Source of the DNA: Nitrosopumilaceae archaeon
GTDB lineage: Archaea > Thermoproteota > Nitrososphaeria > Nitrososphaerales > Nitrosopumilaceae
Reading direction: 5' to 3'
NCBI GenBank assembly: GCA_965207375.1
Contig: CBDBMG010000003.1
Span: 640,001-704,000, forward strand
Length of the DNA stretch: 64,000 bases
Below are positions 29,896-43,100 of the stretch, piece by piece. Every line of letters begins with the position of its first letter. Position 1 is the stretch's first letter. A program made the translations under genes and the position numbers. Below the pieces are notes generated by a model. It did not search any database, was not told the origin of the DNA, and saw nothing but the letters and a program-made list of their open reading frames with translations.

Positions 29896-30004
29896 TTAAA
29901 AATTAAAAAAATATAAAGTGAGTAGGGATAGATCCCTCAGTGCTACAAAGTGAACAAGGAATGAAATTTTGGCTTATAGCATGAGATAATTTATAAAAGT
30001 TTAA
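29896..30004 (+). mobile_element. Family B palindrome-arm fragment
   Basis: AAAGTGAGTAGGGAT...GTGCTACAAA...GCATGAGATAATTTATAAAAGTTTAA matches 25510-25640. Confidence 0.6.
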
Positions 30005-30158
30005 AGCATACAAGGCATGGAAACTTATGTATTTAATGTAAATATTATATAATGATTACTACGTATAAGTAAATGTCCTATCAACATGCAACAATAAAAT
30101 TATTTGCATACATACTCAATAGCTGCTAAAATATCTTATTATTTTTATAGCTACTCAC

Positions 30159-30534
30159 TACTGATTGAAGATCAGTGTAAAATAATCACTACTATAAACT
30201 GGTTGACTTGCATTAATCATTACTGTATACTGATACTCTCTTCCATTGTCAATTGCAGATAGTGATGATATTTCAAATTAATGAGTATAAATTGCAGAAT
30301 TATTTTTTGTATTAGTCATAATGTCATCTACTCTCCTTATCTCTACACCTCCAGTGGTCCATATAATATCAACTGAAGTAGAGATACCTCTAACAGCAGT
30401 AACAGCACAGTCTAGTGTTAGTGGATCACTAATTGTCAGATTTCTCAGTGTTTCATTTCCAGATTGTTCAAAGGCATCAGAATCATCAAATGTCTCATTC
30501 TCAGATATGGTGATTTGCACATCAGGATTAGGTA
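30159..30534 (-). pseudogene. Immunoglobulin-like domain exon, disabled
   Basis: Acceptor gtAG at 30536-30535, donor GTGAGT; PLTLDCAVTAVRGISTSVDIIW...ISSLSAIDNGREYQY; in-frame TAA at 30278-30280 and F-strand YxC changed to YxY. Confidence 0.75.
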
Positions 30535-30884
30535 CTACATAAACACAATAAAAATTGAATGTTACTGTGATTACGTACATGCATGAATATTCTATACCAC
30601 ACAAATTAGATTTTAATATTTTTATTTCATGTAAAAGCTTAAAATGTCAAATAAAGTGAGGCTGAGGCATTCTGCATTGTAACAAATACCTGCAAATTTA
30701 CACCTTCTGTGTAAATTTGTCATTTTTATTTCATGTAAAGCTTAAAAATTTCAAACAAAGCGAGGCTGAAGAGAAGTCAATAGTAACATTTTATCATTCA
30801 AAGTAATATTATATGTACCCAAGTAGCCTCTACAGTTTCTTTTCTGCTGTAAGGCTCTACATTATATCAATGCTGTGAAATTTG

Positions 30885-31430
30885 CGTGTGTGCGTGTGTG
30901 TGTGTGTGTGTGTCCTCCGGGGCCATGTATAGCTAGTGGTGTGATATGCACCCTGTGTGATTGGTTAAACAAGTTCTACTGCTTTTCAGTTTCTGTATAA
31001 TGGCACTTGCTAACAATGGGCTTGGCCACTAAACGAAGCACATCGTGAGTTACTGCCAAAAGAAGAGCAAGGTAATACTGTATTTGCCGTTCCTTTCACA
31101 ATAAAAGGTACATATTTAACTAGCTGTATTTTCCCAACAAGATGAAGTGCTTCAGCTTTAAAATTGGGCATGCTGTGTGGGTTGTGAAGCTTATAAAAGA
31201 AGACTGGTGTACAGTGTTACAGTAAGAATTTTGGCTTAAGACAAGTTTACACTACTTTTGAAAAGTTTTATCACTAAATACTGGAGTACAAAGCTGGTTT
31301 AAACAAAAGAATTAAATTTGCTATGGGTCCCTTAGTGACGAGTCTTTGCTCATGTGATTTACTCATGACATCATTAAAATACATTGAATAACAGTTGATT
31401 TATAGTGGTTTAACTAGATTGTAAAACATC
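30885..31430 (+). mobile_element. Family A copy
   Basis: (GT)n followed by core homologous to 25200-25490 and reverse of 20850-21350. Confidence 0.7.
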
Positions 31431-31739
31431 AACTTCTTGAAGTATACAATTGCTCTATTGTTTGAGTGCAAGCATAGGTGGCAAGAGTGGGGGCTGGAGG
31501 GGCTAGAACACCCCCAACATTCAAAGAAAAAAACCTACAACATTAATGAATTGTGATGTCATAAATAATTACAAATTACTCTAAACAGTCATTTATCTTA
31601 TGTAATTGTAAAAGATACCTGCAAATTTACACCTTCTGTGTAAGCAAGTTTAGATCTTATACTTCTTAAATTACGTATGGCTTCCTGGCCACTATAAATC
31701 ACACACACACACTAACAAATGCTTTTTGGGAAAGTAATC

Positions 31740-32110
31740 TCTATAAATCAGGTGCACGACGCATCTTGTTTAAAAATTCAGAGTCATCACTAAGGAACAC
31801 ATAGCATGGCATCCACATTTAAATTTACGTCTAAACCGGACTCCAGTGGCTTAGTTAGTTTTCAGCCAAAATTATATCTGTAGCATTTTACACCAGTGTT
31901 CTTTTAAAACCTTCACTACTGCTTGGTAGCTAAGTCCACTTTTAAACTGAATCAGTGATTTGCTCATAGCAATTAATGTAAACAGCTAATACAATATTTC
32001 TTTGGCAGGAGCTTATGATGCACTTCATTAGTAAAGCCACACCCATCAATAAGATTGATGACAAATATCATAAAAAGAAACCGAGAAGAAGTAAAACTTG
32101 TTTAACTGGT
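31740..32110 (-). mobile_element. Family A diverged fragments
   Basis: gtcatcactaaggaacacatagc ... gatgcacttcattagtaaagcc homologous to 21900-22220. Confidence 0.55.
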
Positions 32111-33738
32111 TCTTCAAGTTTCATTAAGATTCCATTGTACTATATATCCATCTTATCCATGGTACGTACAATAGGATGGGATGAACAGTACATATACGTA
32201 TGTAAATGGATAGTAGGATTCCATTTTACTTATCCTGGTCATGGTACAATAGGACAGACAGTGTGTTTTTTCAAGGTAAACTTATAAGTACACATTTAAA
32301 GATAGAGCTATTGGACAAAGGGATATCCTCTTTAGAACAGTGAATTCTAATGACAAACTTGGAGTCGACTAACCACCACTCAGACAAAATTACCACCACT
32401 CAGATACAGATAAAATGACCACAACTAAAAACTCACTGACCAGTACTAAAATATCAGAATGCTTAAGTCTTGCTAGGCATGCACTTTACACAAAACAAAA
32501 TATCTACAAGGAATCCTAGACACAATTTGAGCATAGTTATTAAAGATCACTAAGATTCAGAGATTTAAAACACCTTTGTGTTACCACTGCCTACTAAACC
32601 TGGGCACATCCCTGCATCTTGGCAGCAATATACGTATCAATAATATTGTTAGGGTGGGCATTATTAAGGAATCATTTGTCACACATGATACACACATGTG
32701 TAATTTATTTGCTGGTAAGACCATACAAACCTACTTTTGTACTAACGCTTAGTAGTACGCACCTATAAATATCGATAGCTATATGTACCTCTATATCTCG
32801 CTTACACTTCGCAGTAAGGACAACAACACGGTGAAAGTATTTCTCACCAGATTTGCTAAAGGGGACCTTAAACACATACCCAATTTTTCAACTCTAAAGA
32901 AACATAACTAGTTTTTTTTAGCAATGAGTCTTCAGTTTTGTAACTTCCTCACAATATCATTGCATATTCTTAGTATATTAAACTTGTAGTGGCTGGTTTT
33001 TAGATGGTTTGCTTTAACAAGGTCCTTCCATTGCTATGAAGAACCTTCCAAAAATTGTAACAAATTCCTTTTATAATAGCACTTACAATAATCAATTGTG
33101 GGTTTGAATTTCAACAATACATTTCCACTTATACACATTTACTTTACAACAACAAGGTCAGTAACACATGAGGAAAGTATTTCAATGATAAAAATTACAA
33201 ATATTCGATTTGTTTGGATATTCGTTAGAATTTGGTTATTCGAATAATAAAATCAATATTCGGTATTCGTTTACTTATGTGTTATGAAATGTACAGTTGG
33301 AAATAGCTTTAATTACCTGCAATTTTGCTACAAGCAGTCTTGCATTACACTTAGTAAACTTGTACTATCAACAAATACTAAGATTTGGGGATTAATTCAT
33401 ATGTACTAAACTCAAATAATTATCATGGTATTCTGCTTGTACTGTAATGTATTTTTAGCATTAACAAATAGTTCGGTGTTCGTTCGTTAAGACGGTATTC
33501 ATTGCAGCCCTAATAAAAATAGTGGTAAGAACCAACTACGTATATTCATTGCATACATAATAAACTTTTCTGATAGACAGTGTCTGACACTCCTGTGAGG
33601 TCCTATTTAACTAACTTAGTTATATTCCTATTGTACGGACATATGTGCATATATAATATTGGCAAATTTTCCATTCGATCTCGAAACTTGTAATTTCCTG
33701 GCTAACAATTTGTCAACATGGTAACTGCATGAATTGCA

Positions 33739-33922
33739 TACTGTATAGTGCAAAAGTTTGATGGTGGAAAGCTCTTGACAATTTTGACGAATGGCTAGCA
33801 ATTCATCAAAGTTTTCCTACCAACAGTCTTCTCTTAATGCTTATCCTTTGAAACCCATAATCACAAATAATTCATCAAAGTTTTCCCTTGTTAAACTTTT
33901 TTGTGAATGGTTTTTCCTGCTT
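33739..33922. mobile_element. TA-flanked MITE (C[CT]GTA termini, Tc1/mariner/pogo-like)
   Basis: TACTGTATAGTGCAAAAG ... TTTTTGTGCTATACAGT. Confidence 0.55.
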
Positions 33923-34629
33923 AATTTTTGTGCTATACAGTTTTCTATGGCAGAAAGTACACATGTTATGATTATCACAAAAAGATGACATCATGCACAA
34001 CATTGATAGCAACGCATATGCATTTAAATTTGTAGCTTAAAAGGTAGACTGTATTAATAAACTACTGGTAATATATCTGACTCACTCCTTTTATAGAAGC
34101 CACTCTTGGTTAGTAGCCGTACCTAAAATGGCTAAAAATACTTGTAGACATCATTCTAGAAAATACATTTTATTCAGTACGTAGTTACAGCCCTTTGCCA
34201 GATAAAAGTTATGCCATAGATCAGGAAGATGTCGGTGTTACAAAATTTCGTAAGGTTAATACTTCTACGAAATTAAAAAACACGAACATTTCTTTTTATT
34301 CTACAATTTATTTTATAATGCACGCTTACTAGTAAGTAACAGCAGAAAAGCGAACAAATCTGTGATATTGCTCTAGGAAGATGCCCTACGGTGATTAATA
34401 GTCTGGCGTAGCCGACCCATTTATGTGGCTCCCTTCTGAAAATAAAATGGTCTGGTATGCCTAGCATATAGTGCACTTGTGCCATATTATGTTGCTTTCC
34501 TCATTTGCCGTCTATTTAACCTTCTTCTTCAGTAAGCGCATCACGGGACTTCAAAGGGGAGGTGTTAACTAATGCAACATGGACAGCTCGTAAGACATCA
34601 AAGAAATTTTTGCCGGTTGCCGATCCCAG

Positions 34630-35591
34630 GTACGGAGTCTAAGTAGTACTTAATAGTAGGGATTGACACAAAAAACATGGTGTCCTACTTTTACGGGCCT
34701 CAATAACACGTGTCACAATATACCTTACCTAAAAAACTGACTGAAATGCATTGGTAACACTATAATAAAACTGTACCTTTGTTAAACGCCACAAAAATCC
34801 TACTGATGTGATCCATAAAGAATTTTTAAAAATTTAGTATTTTGTCTGACCACTGGCCTGCCGAACTACCGTAAGATCCACCAGCACTAGGAGTATGGCT
34901 CCATTTTTCACACAACAATGGTAATTGCATCCGATTTATAAAACTGTTCTTCAGATGAAGATTCATCCACTGCACCATGGTGTTTCTTTTCAAACTTCAG
35001 TATCTTCCTTTTTCTTTATTTGTGCCATTAAAAAAGGCAGAAATTCACAAGAGCAGGTGTCGATGAACTTGCGCCTTTGTTACGCAAAACAGCCTTGGTT
35101 TGCTTTTTGTGGCATACTTGCATAGTATATACATTTGCCTGCATAATCACATAATATAAATTAATCTGTCCTTACTTTTCTAGACACCTAAATCATTAGA
35201 GGCGCCTACCTAACTATATTTTACAGGCGCTTGTTAACAAGAGCGTTAACATGGTAAAGCAGCTGTATTATAGCGAAATACTTTTAAAAAACATCAAAAT
35301 CTATTGTCTAAGTTACGTATATATATTGGCTCATATTATGAAGTTCATGATGTAATAAAATACACATAAAAAACAGTAAAAACAGTATTAATGGCAGGCG
35401 CATTGCTAATTATGTCACATGTGACTAGAATAAATAAAATTTTAAAAAATAAGTATAGGGATCAATCTTTCACTGTGAGCCAAAAGTAGGGGTTAAACTT
35501 TAGTGCTCTCTTATGCCAAAAACTTGTTCCTTGTTTCCTTACTTTTTGTAGCAGTGAAATATTGATCCCTACTCACTTTTTAATTTTTATC
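34630..35591 (-). mobile_element. Family B copy (reverse; palindrome internally deleted)
   Basis: GTAGTACTTAATAGTAGGGATT end at ~34643-34664; caggcgcttgttaacaa block shared with 25920-26070; arm remnants 35423-35591. Confidence 0.65.
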
Positions 35592-37149
35592 AAGACTCAC
35601 GGTAGTGAGTTGCGAGGCCAAGAAGAAGCAGGCCGTACACGACAAATGAGTGAGTTATTTACACGTAGCACTGCTGCGAAATTTGTTTACGCCGCCATTG
35701 AAGCTATTGCTTAGTTATCTAGGACTTAGCATGTTCTAACTATATAGAATCAATAATCAGACAATGGAGGAAATCGGCATAGCCAGTCCTAAGTACCAGC
35801 CATTGCAAGTTTAATGGCACCCGTTTGTGCACCCACACTCAAAAAGCCATCCCCTTGGCACCCATTCACTCATTTACTAAATAAATAGTACCTTCAATGT
35901 ATGAAGAATCGTTGATCTGAAGTCGTTTGATATCCATGAGACGAGTTTTCCGCACGCGCCTTATAAACTCTTCCTTCCATCAAGGCGCTTGTCGGTTTTT
36001 TTCTTCTTCTGATTCTACTTTCAATTTTTATCGCACACTGTTCGTGGGCTTGTGGGAGTTTGTGTGAATCCTGAAAGTTTTTTCAAACTCTCTTTTTGCG
36101 TATTCATTTGTTTGTGCAATAACTCACTTATTTCTTAATGGATTTCAGCCAAAACTTTTATCAGCACTTCTTCCATGTATGCCCTACCTGTCATACCATT
36201 TTCAGCCTGTAAAAAGCACTTGAATTTATTTGTGATGGGCTATTACACTGCAGGTTGACAGTTACCATAACTTGGATCCCCTTCATGTGATTTGCATAAA
36301 ATTTCAGATACACAATCTATATTGATGTATTGAAAGTTTTAAAAAAATCTCGGGCCTGAGTTTTTCAATATTAAGATTTCAAAGTTGCATCTGTTTCATA
36401 TGCTTCTACATAATAGCCATACCGTACTCGTACAAATTTTCGAGGGACGTAAATTTTGCTGTTTTCGTGGATAATGTGTGGTCCACGAAAATTAAATCCT
36501 CGAAAATTTTATGTTTTATAATAGTGCGCACATAATCTATCGATACGAAATCCTGTAATCCTCGAAAATAAAATCGCAAAAATGCTGAATTTGTGGCATC
36601 CGCGAAATATACGTCCCTCGAAAATTTGTATGAGTACGGTATGCTATCAAGAAACATCCTGGATGCAAAAACTAAAGGTTTCTTGTCAGGATTTAACATA
36701 TTCTGTTTCTGAATACTTACAAAAAGCAGTGATATGCTAAACAAAAACAGCCTGGCTGTAAAAAAGTGCGAGGCCAATCAGAAGCCACAATGGTTACAAG
36801 CGATCAAAAACTCTGATATCAAGTAAGGCCAAGAAGTTGAACATTTTATTAAGAATCCTTTTACTTGAATGACATACAATAGCTTACAGGGCATTTCCAC
36901 AACTATGATTGGCTTTGTCACTTGGCCACCTTATAAAAGATGATGGTACAAAAAGGTGGCCAAGTGATAAAACCAATCATAGTTGTGAAAATGCGCTGTA
37001 AACTGTTGTATGTCATTCAAGTAAAAGGATTCTTAAAATGTTCAACTTCTTGGCCTTACTTGATATCAGAGTTTTTGGTCGCTTGTAACCATTGTGGCTA
37101 CTGATTGGCCTCGCACTTTTTTACAGCCAGGCTATTTTTGTTTAGCATA
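35588..37149 (-). mobile_element. Family C copy 1: non-coding element with 417-bp terminal palindrome and TACC-loop hairpin end
   Basis: TATCAAG-ACTCAC-GGTA-GTGAGT-TGCGAGGCC at 35588-35619; body homologous to 58043-58810; palindrome 36733-37149 with spacer 36933-36952. Confidence 0.8.
36420..36641. mobile_element. TA-flanked CCGTA MITE nested in family C
   Basis: TACCGTACTCGTACAAATTTTCGAGGGACGTA ... TACGTCCCTCGAAAATTTGTATGAGTACGGTA. Confidence 0.85.
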
Positions 37150-39645
37150 CTATTAACTCCCCCAACAATAAACCAAAATGTATAAAAGCAACCAAACCAC
37201 ATCAACAAAATGCCAATACCATGTTGCTTCCAAGTTAACTGATAAAAAGATACGTCTATTACAAAAATCATTAACCTAAACAACACCTTTAATTAAACAA
37301 GCTCTACACTTCAATATAAATGGAAATTGTAGCTATAATGTTTGTATTTAAGTTGTTCTACAACATGTTTTCTTGTAAAACTCTTGTAGAGCTACTACAA
37401 GCTAACAAGAACACAATAACCAAAACCTTTGGCATCTGGAAACTTATGAAGTGTTATCTTTTACTGCCTATAGTTATGCTTCTATAACCCTTGCTGTGGT
37501 AAAGACAAAATAACAATAGTACAATACATTGTGCTAGGTTGTTTCAATGGCATTTCAATGTAAAATTAATTACTGGCCCCATTCAAAATGGCGTCGATAA
37601 AGTGGGCGTAGTTTTGGAAAGTGTCTATAGTATCGATATTGTAGCGTTAGTTACCAATTAACCGGATGAAAAAGTAATCTGATTTTTTCGCCTGTTAAAA
37701 TACCTTATAGAACACACAGCATGCTCAATACAACAAGTAGACTACATAGAATAATGCAATGACGTATAATTCCCGCAAAACCAATCAATGATGCAATAAT
37801 CACAACCTCTAATATTTTGCGCGAAATCAATTATCAAAAACTGCATCAATTATCGGTTTCGCCATAGGCGATAATACATCAATTATCAGTCGACTCAGCC
37901 AGCAGTACATCAATTATCGTTTCAGTGCAAATCGATTTTACTGCCAGTAAGCCTACTCAAACAATTGTCCTGTATCTTTCTACATAGAGCAATTGTTCAC
38001 GAACCTGTTTTTGATCCACTTTCAAACAAAGGATAGTGATACGCATGCGTACGCGCACTGATGGTCGTCACACCTTGGTGCCAGAAACCAGCCAAACAAC
38101 CAGCTTTTCAGCCCATTTCTTTTATAACACTTTTTTGAATGTATTAACAAATCCGTTCTTCGATGTAACTTTTTTGTATTGGCAAGTTTTCTTCAGGTGG
38201 GTGAAGGAAACCAACGAAACAACCAACCTTCAAGCTCGTTTCTTTTATAACGCGGTGTTCTATTGATTAACAGACTTACCCATCGGTATAGTTAATCTCT
38301 ATTGGCAAGTATTCTCCTTTCTAGAATATTTCCCGCAAACGAACGTGTTGCCTGTCACATGCCTCTTCTGTAATGATTGAAGCTACGTATGAGGATTTGT
38401 TTGGTTGCATGTGGTTAAGGCCAGTTTTCTGGCCTTTGCATTTTCGGTGCTTTCGTAAAGTGGCCAGTATTCTGGCCTTTGCAGGTTAAGGGGTTAATAC
38501 ACTTCACATGGCACATATAGGCATGATTTCCGAAATTCACCTCAGAACTCTTACAAGCCTCTGGGGGTAACAATTAGCCAAGAAAGATCCAAGTATGCCT
38601 GCTTCAGCCAGTTCCTTGGCCATAAAGGTTGCATTTATCTTACAATGCTTAAGACTGTGGCCCTATTCAAAATGGCAGAACAAATGTTACCATGGCAATT
38701 ACGTACTTTTGGAAAGTATCTATTGATGGGTGGGGCTTTAGTAACAAAGCGGATCATGAGTTACTGCCAAAGAAGAGCAATGTAATGCTGTATTTGCCAT
38801 TCATTTCACAGTAAAAGCCGTTTAAACAGTTGTACATTATTAACAAGACGGAGCAATTCAGTTTTATAAGTGTATATGCTGCGCAGTAGCCTGGTGTAGC
38901 CGACCTTTTTATAAAAAATAAAAGGGTATGGTTACTTTAGCAAAGTGAACTTGTTCAAATGGAATGTTAATTAAGAAGCTTAGATTACACATTTCAAAAA
39001 CAACATAATCAGAAACCAAGGCAACTTACATCCCTTTCACACTATCCCTGATTACTCACAATGGATAATAACCTGGGTTGTAGAACTCAAGTTAGCTCTT
39101 GTTCACATTACTACTCAAAACTACAGGCCAATTCGAGTTCAAGATTGCACGCCAAAGTAAATATTTGTTATTCAGTGCCTATCGGAGTAATGCTGAAGTT
39201 GAAGTGACTAAAAGCAGCGAAGCGAAGAACAAGGCAGAAGGTGCACAATAGTATAGTATAGTTTCGACAAAGTGGAGCACTGCAGTACTGTCCACACCAT
39301 TTGATTTATTATCAAAAAATTGAGTATAATTACAATTTCTGTACTAGCCATTTAAAAATGTCATGATTTTTACTTTTGCCATAACTTTGAGGTTGGCTCA
39401 CTAATAACAAAAAATCTATAATAGTACAATACATCGTTGTACCTTACTTCATTCTTCTTCATCGTCCATTTCGCCATCAACATTAATATCTTCAGGCGCT
39501 ATAAATCAGCATAAAAGCACGAAAAATAACTTTTTATTATTGTCATACCTTCTTTGTCTGTAAAAGCAGACTAGCACACTATGCACGCAGAGGAGGTACG
39601 ACACACACACGTGAGCCAATACATTTAGTACAACATTCATTTCTT

Positions 39646-39853
39646 TACCGTATGGCTGGAAATTTTCGAGGGATAAAAAGTTCGCTGTTTTTGTGGATTT
39701 TGTTATAACCTTGAAAATTTTTATCCTCGAAATTAGTAATTAATAGTGCGTATTAATTGATAATTAGCTAAACCTCGAAAAAATTTTTGCAAAATGTTTT
39801 CCAGAGCTCAACTACGAAAATTTAGTCCCTCGAAAATTTCCAGCCATACGATA
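39646..39853. mobile_element. TA-flanked CCGTA MITE
   Basis: TACCGTATGGCTGGAAATTTTCGAGGGA ... TCCCTCGAAAATTTCCAGCCATACGATA. Confidence 0.85.
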
Positions 39854-40108
39854 CTTCTATTTTGCTCCAAATATCGATTTTTACTATGTTTATATAACAG
39901 TGAGACATTATGCGCTATCAACCCCATTCAAACCCACTACTCCCAGCGAGTAAATTGCACCGATAGACAAAAGGCATCACGTGCTCATTAAGTGCGCCGA
40001 TGTGATGGACATGGGGATTGCACGAGAACTCTGACACCTGAAATCGTGACTAAAAAGCGACCTAGAACCTCACCTACTCTACATACGCCTCAAAGAAATA
40101 CCAAGAGA

Positions 40109-43100
40109 ATGCCCCTACGAGAGAGAGCGCTTAATTCTACCATGCGCGTGGCACTGCGACAGATAAGGTTGCCCTTTGACCAACCATCGCCTGTTGACCA
40201 AGCAACACAGAAGCCTAGAGAGAAGTGGTCTGATGCAGAAATCGAGGCCCTTGTGGAATTCGTTTTGTTTCATTCAGCTGGAGACATGCAGTTGGCCAAC
40301 CCACAAGCAAGATGGTTTTTGGAGGAATTCTTATAGAAGAGAGCCAAAACTAGTATGCGTAGAACTGGTAAGTATATTAGATAAAATATATACTTGGCTT
40401 ATGTGAGGTTGAAATTGTATAGCCAGTGCTTGCCGATTCAAAGTTATTGGTTGGCTGTCTAAGAAGTTTAAATCACCTAAGGAGGCTGAAAAATTCTTTG
40501 CTAAAGTGGAAAGCAACTCCTCAGCAAGTGTAAACACATGCAACAGGAGCACCATGAATGTTTGTAAAAGTGTACAAACAGAAGATGTTAATCCTTCCAC
40601 TGTTTATTACTTATATGATAAGCTTTTAGCAGAGGTAAAATTGAAAGTGTTGTTCTCCACATACATGACATCTGATATGTGTGTGTCTGTCCCTGGTGAT
40701 TTTCTGACTTACACCGCAAAGGCTATGATGAATTTGAAGAGCAGTGGGCGTATTAATGTGCTCTACAATTTGGCTAAGGGAATAGGGTCACTAAGGGCTG
40801 ATGATACTACTTTAAGATTTCCGACTGATCGTATGCTGATGGGTTTAATTGAGTACATTGCTAGCTTCTATGTCTGCGATGATGTGAATCAGGTATTAGA
40901 TTACAATAAAGGTGTTTATATTATATAATATTATTGCCTGCTTACTACAAACAATCATACAATACTATTTGATTACTTAAATTTAGTAGGACCTGAAGTA
41001 GCACCTTGCTTATTGTTCACTACAGCATAGGGCTCTCCATTGCTGTTAAATGTGAATTATAAGTAAACTATTATGTAGAGTACTATTGGTTATATAGATT
41101 ACTTGTCCAGTTGATTATCGTTTGTGGCAACAAACAATGTTTAGCCAATTTGGAATTAAGTGGACAGCATTACATCACGGACCACTGTGGAGTGCAGCAT
41201 CTAATGATGGAGAAGTCAATTCAAACAAACGAGACCCAATGACAGTAAGGATTTTTAAAAAATACTTGTTCTAGACATACAATGTTTTACAGGCTTTAGT
41301 TAATATACTGGCACTTTCTGTAAGGACCTTGGAACGGGATATTGCTTCTAGTGGTGTAACATTGAACTCTCAAATACAAGTATGACTTCTTGTTCTATCT
41401 ACACACACATGAATATCGTAATTTCTAGCTAAGTGTTCTTGATTAAGCTGTGAAGTCACACCCTACTGCATGGTGGTGGCTGAAAGCTGATGGATGTGAC
41501 TTGGTCAAGGGTCTCAAAGAATCTGTGAAATTACAGTGGAGTGGAGATGTAGATTTGAATGATGGCCAACTCCAGAAACAGTATAAGGCATAGGCGTCGG
41601 AACCGGGGGGCCATGGCCCCCACAGATTTTGTAAAATGTATTTTGGCCCCCCCACTTTTTACCAGCTTAACCTAGGATGGCCAGGATGTTTCCAGTCAAG
41701 CAAACACAAGTCTACATACTATTAATGCTATTGTATTCTAATATATTAGAACGAGTAATTTATTTTGAGCTAACAAGTATACAAGATTCGATCCAGTACC
41801 TTTTTATGAACAAAAGTTGTTTCATCATTAAAATATCAAGTAAGTCTTGAAAGGAAAATGAAGACATAAGTTAAATAAAACGGTGTTGTATTCTAATATA
41901 TTCGAGTGATTAATAAATGTTGATCCAGTAATTGAATGAGGTTAGTGAGTAAATAAGTTAGCTTTTTGTTTATAGAGTGTAAGCAAAGCTTATTACTGTC
42001 TATATGTAGAGAATGCCTACAACTCAGTGCTTATCGGCCTCCCACGCAATTAATTATATATTCTGGAAATTAGAAGCTATATAGCTAGCTAGACTAGCTA
42101 GTATATGAGTGTTGTGATTAGTCATTCCTAAGCTAGATCCCATGCATTAATAGCTATTTTAGCTGAGATAGGTAGCTAGTTAGTCTACTATAGCTACTAG
42201 CTACTTGTTTCATATAGCCATAATTTTTAAAAAATTCTATTAGACATACAATAGCTATAGCTAACTGTATAACTAATACCTAGTAACCATTAATCATGCA
42301 GCTAACTAGCTATAATCAATCATGTTATTCAGTTCAAGCTGTGATAATGGCATTGATTCAGTGAAATCATTTCCTATCATTTCTTGCATAAACTGCCACC
42401 AAAATCAATCTCAGAGCATGTAATTTTCCAAATTTTCCTGGGGGGACATGCCCCCAGACCCCCCTAGCTTTAGCATGCTTCGCATGCTGATTGTGCTTCG
42501 CACAACATAGCTGATAGGACTAAAAGCTATTCTAACATCACATTTTGGCTGGCTATGCTGGTTACTGAGAATATATTTGGCCCCCCAGTATAAAACATCT
42601 TCCTATGCCTATGGTATGAGGAATATGTGAGCCTTTTGGAGTCAGTGAAGAAGGCTGGCCTAGTGCCAGAATGTGGCTCCAATGAACTAACACATATTTT
42701 GGAGGATGTTACAAAAGATTTACAATATGTTCAATCAGGTATGCAGGGTTAATGTATTGACAATAATCATACCATGTTATGTTTAGAATTAAAGAATTCA
42801 AATGATACTTATTCCCGTAAGCTTCAGTCTGATCACTACAAGGAGAAGGATCTGATATCCCTTGCTTGGAAAGTCAAGGAGATCAGTCAGCTAGATAACA
42901 TGGGCCGGAAATGTTACAGAGACACCAGCAGTATAGTAGAGAAGATTTAGCGGGATCAGGACTTGTGGCAAGAAGAGAATATCCCAAAGCAGTTGACAAG
43001 CATCCGACAAAGCTTGATTTCATTCATCAAGGGAATTACTCGTCACCAGCGAATAGCTGCAACTCATATTCTGGTCTTCATGATCAGCTGTGAAGAAAGA

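Noticed and set aside
37655-38497. piggyBac element (GGG-TTAA right end)
   Set aside because: No matching left TIR or transposase found
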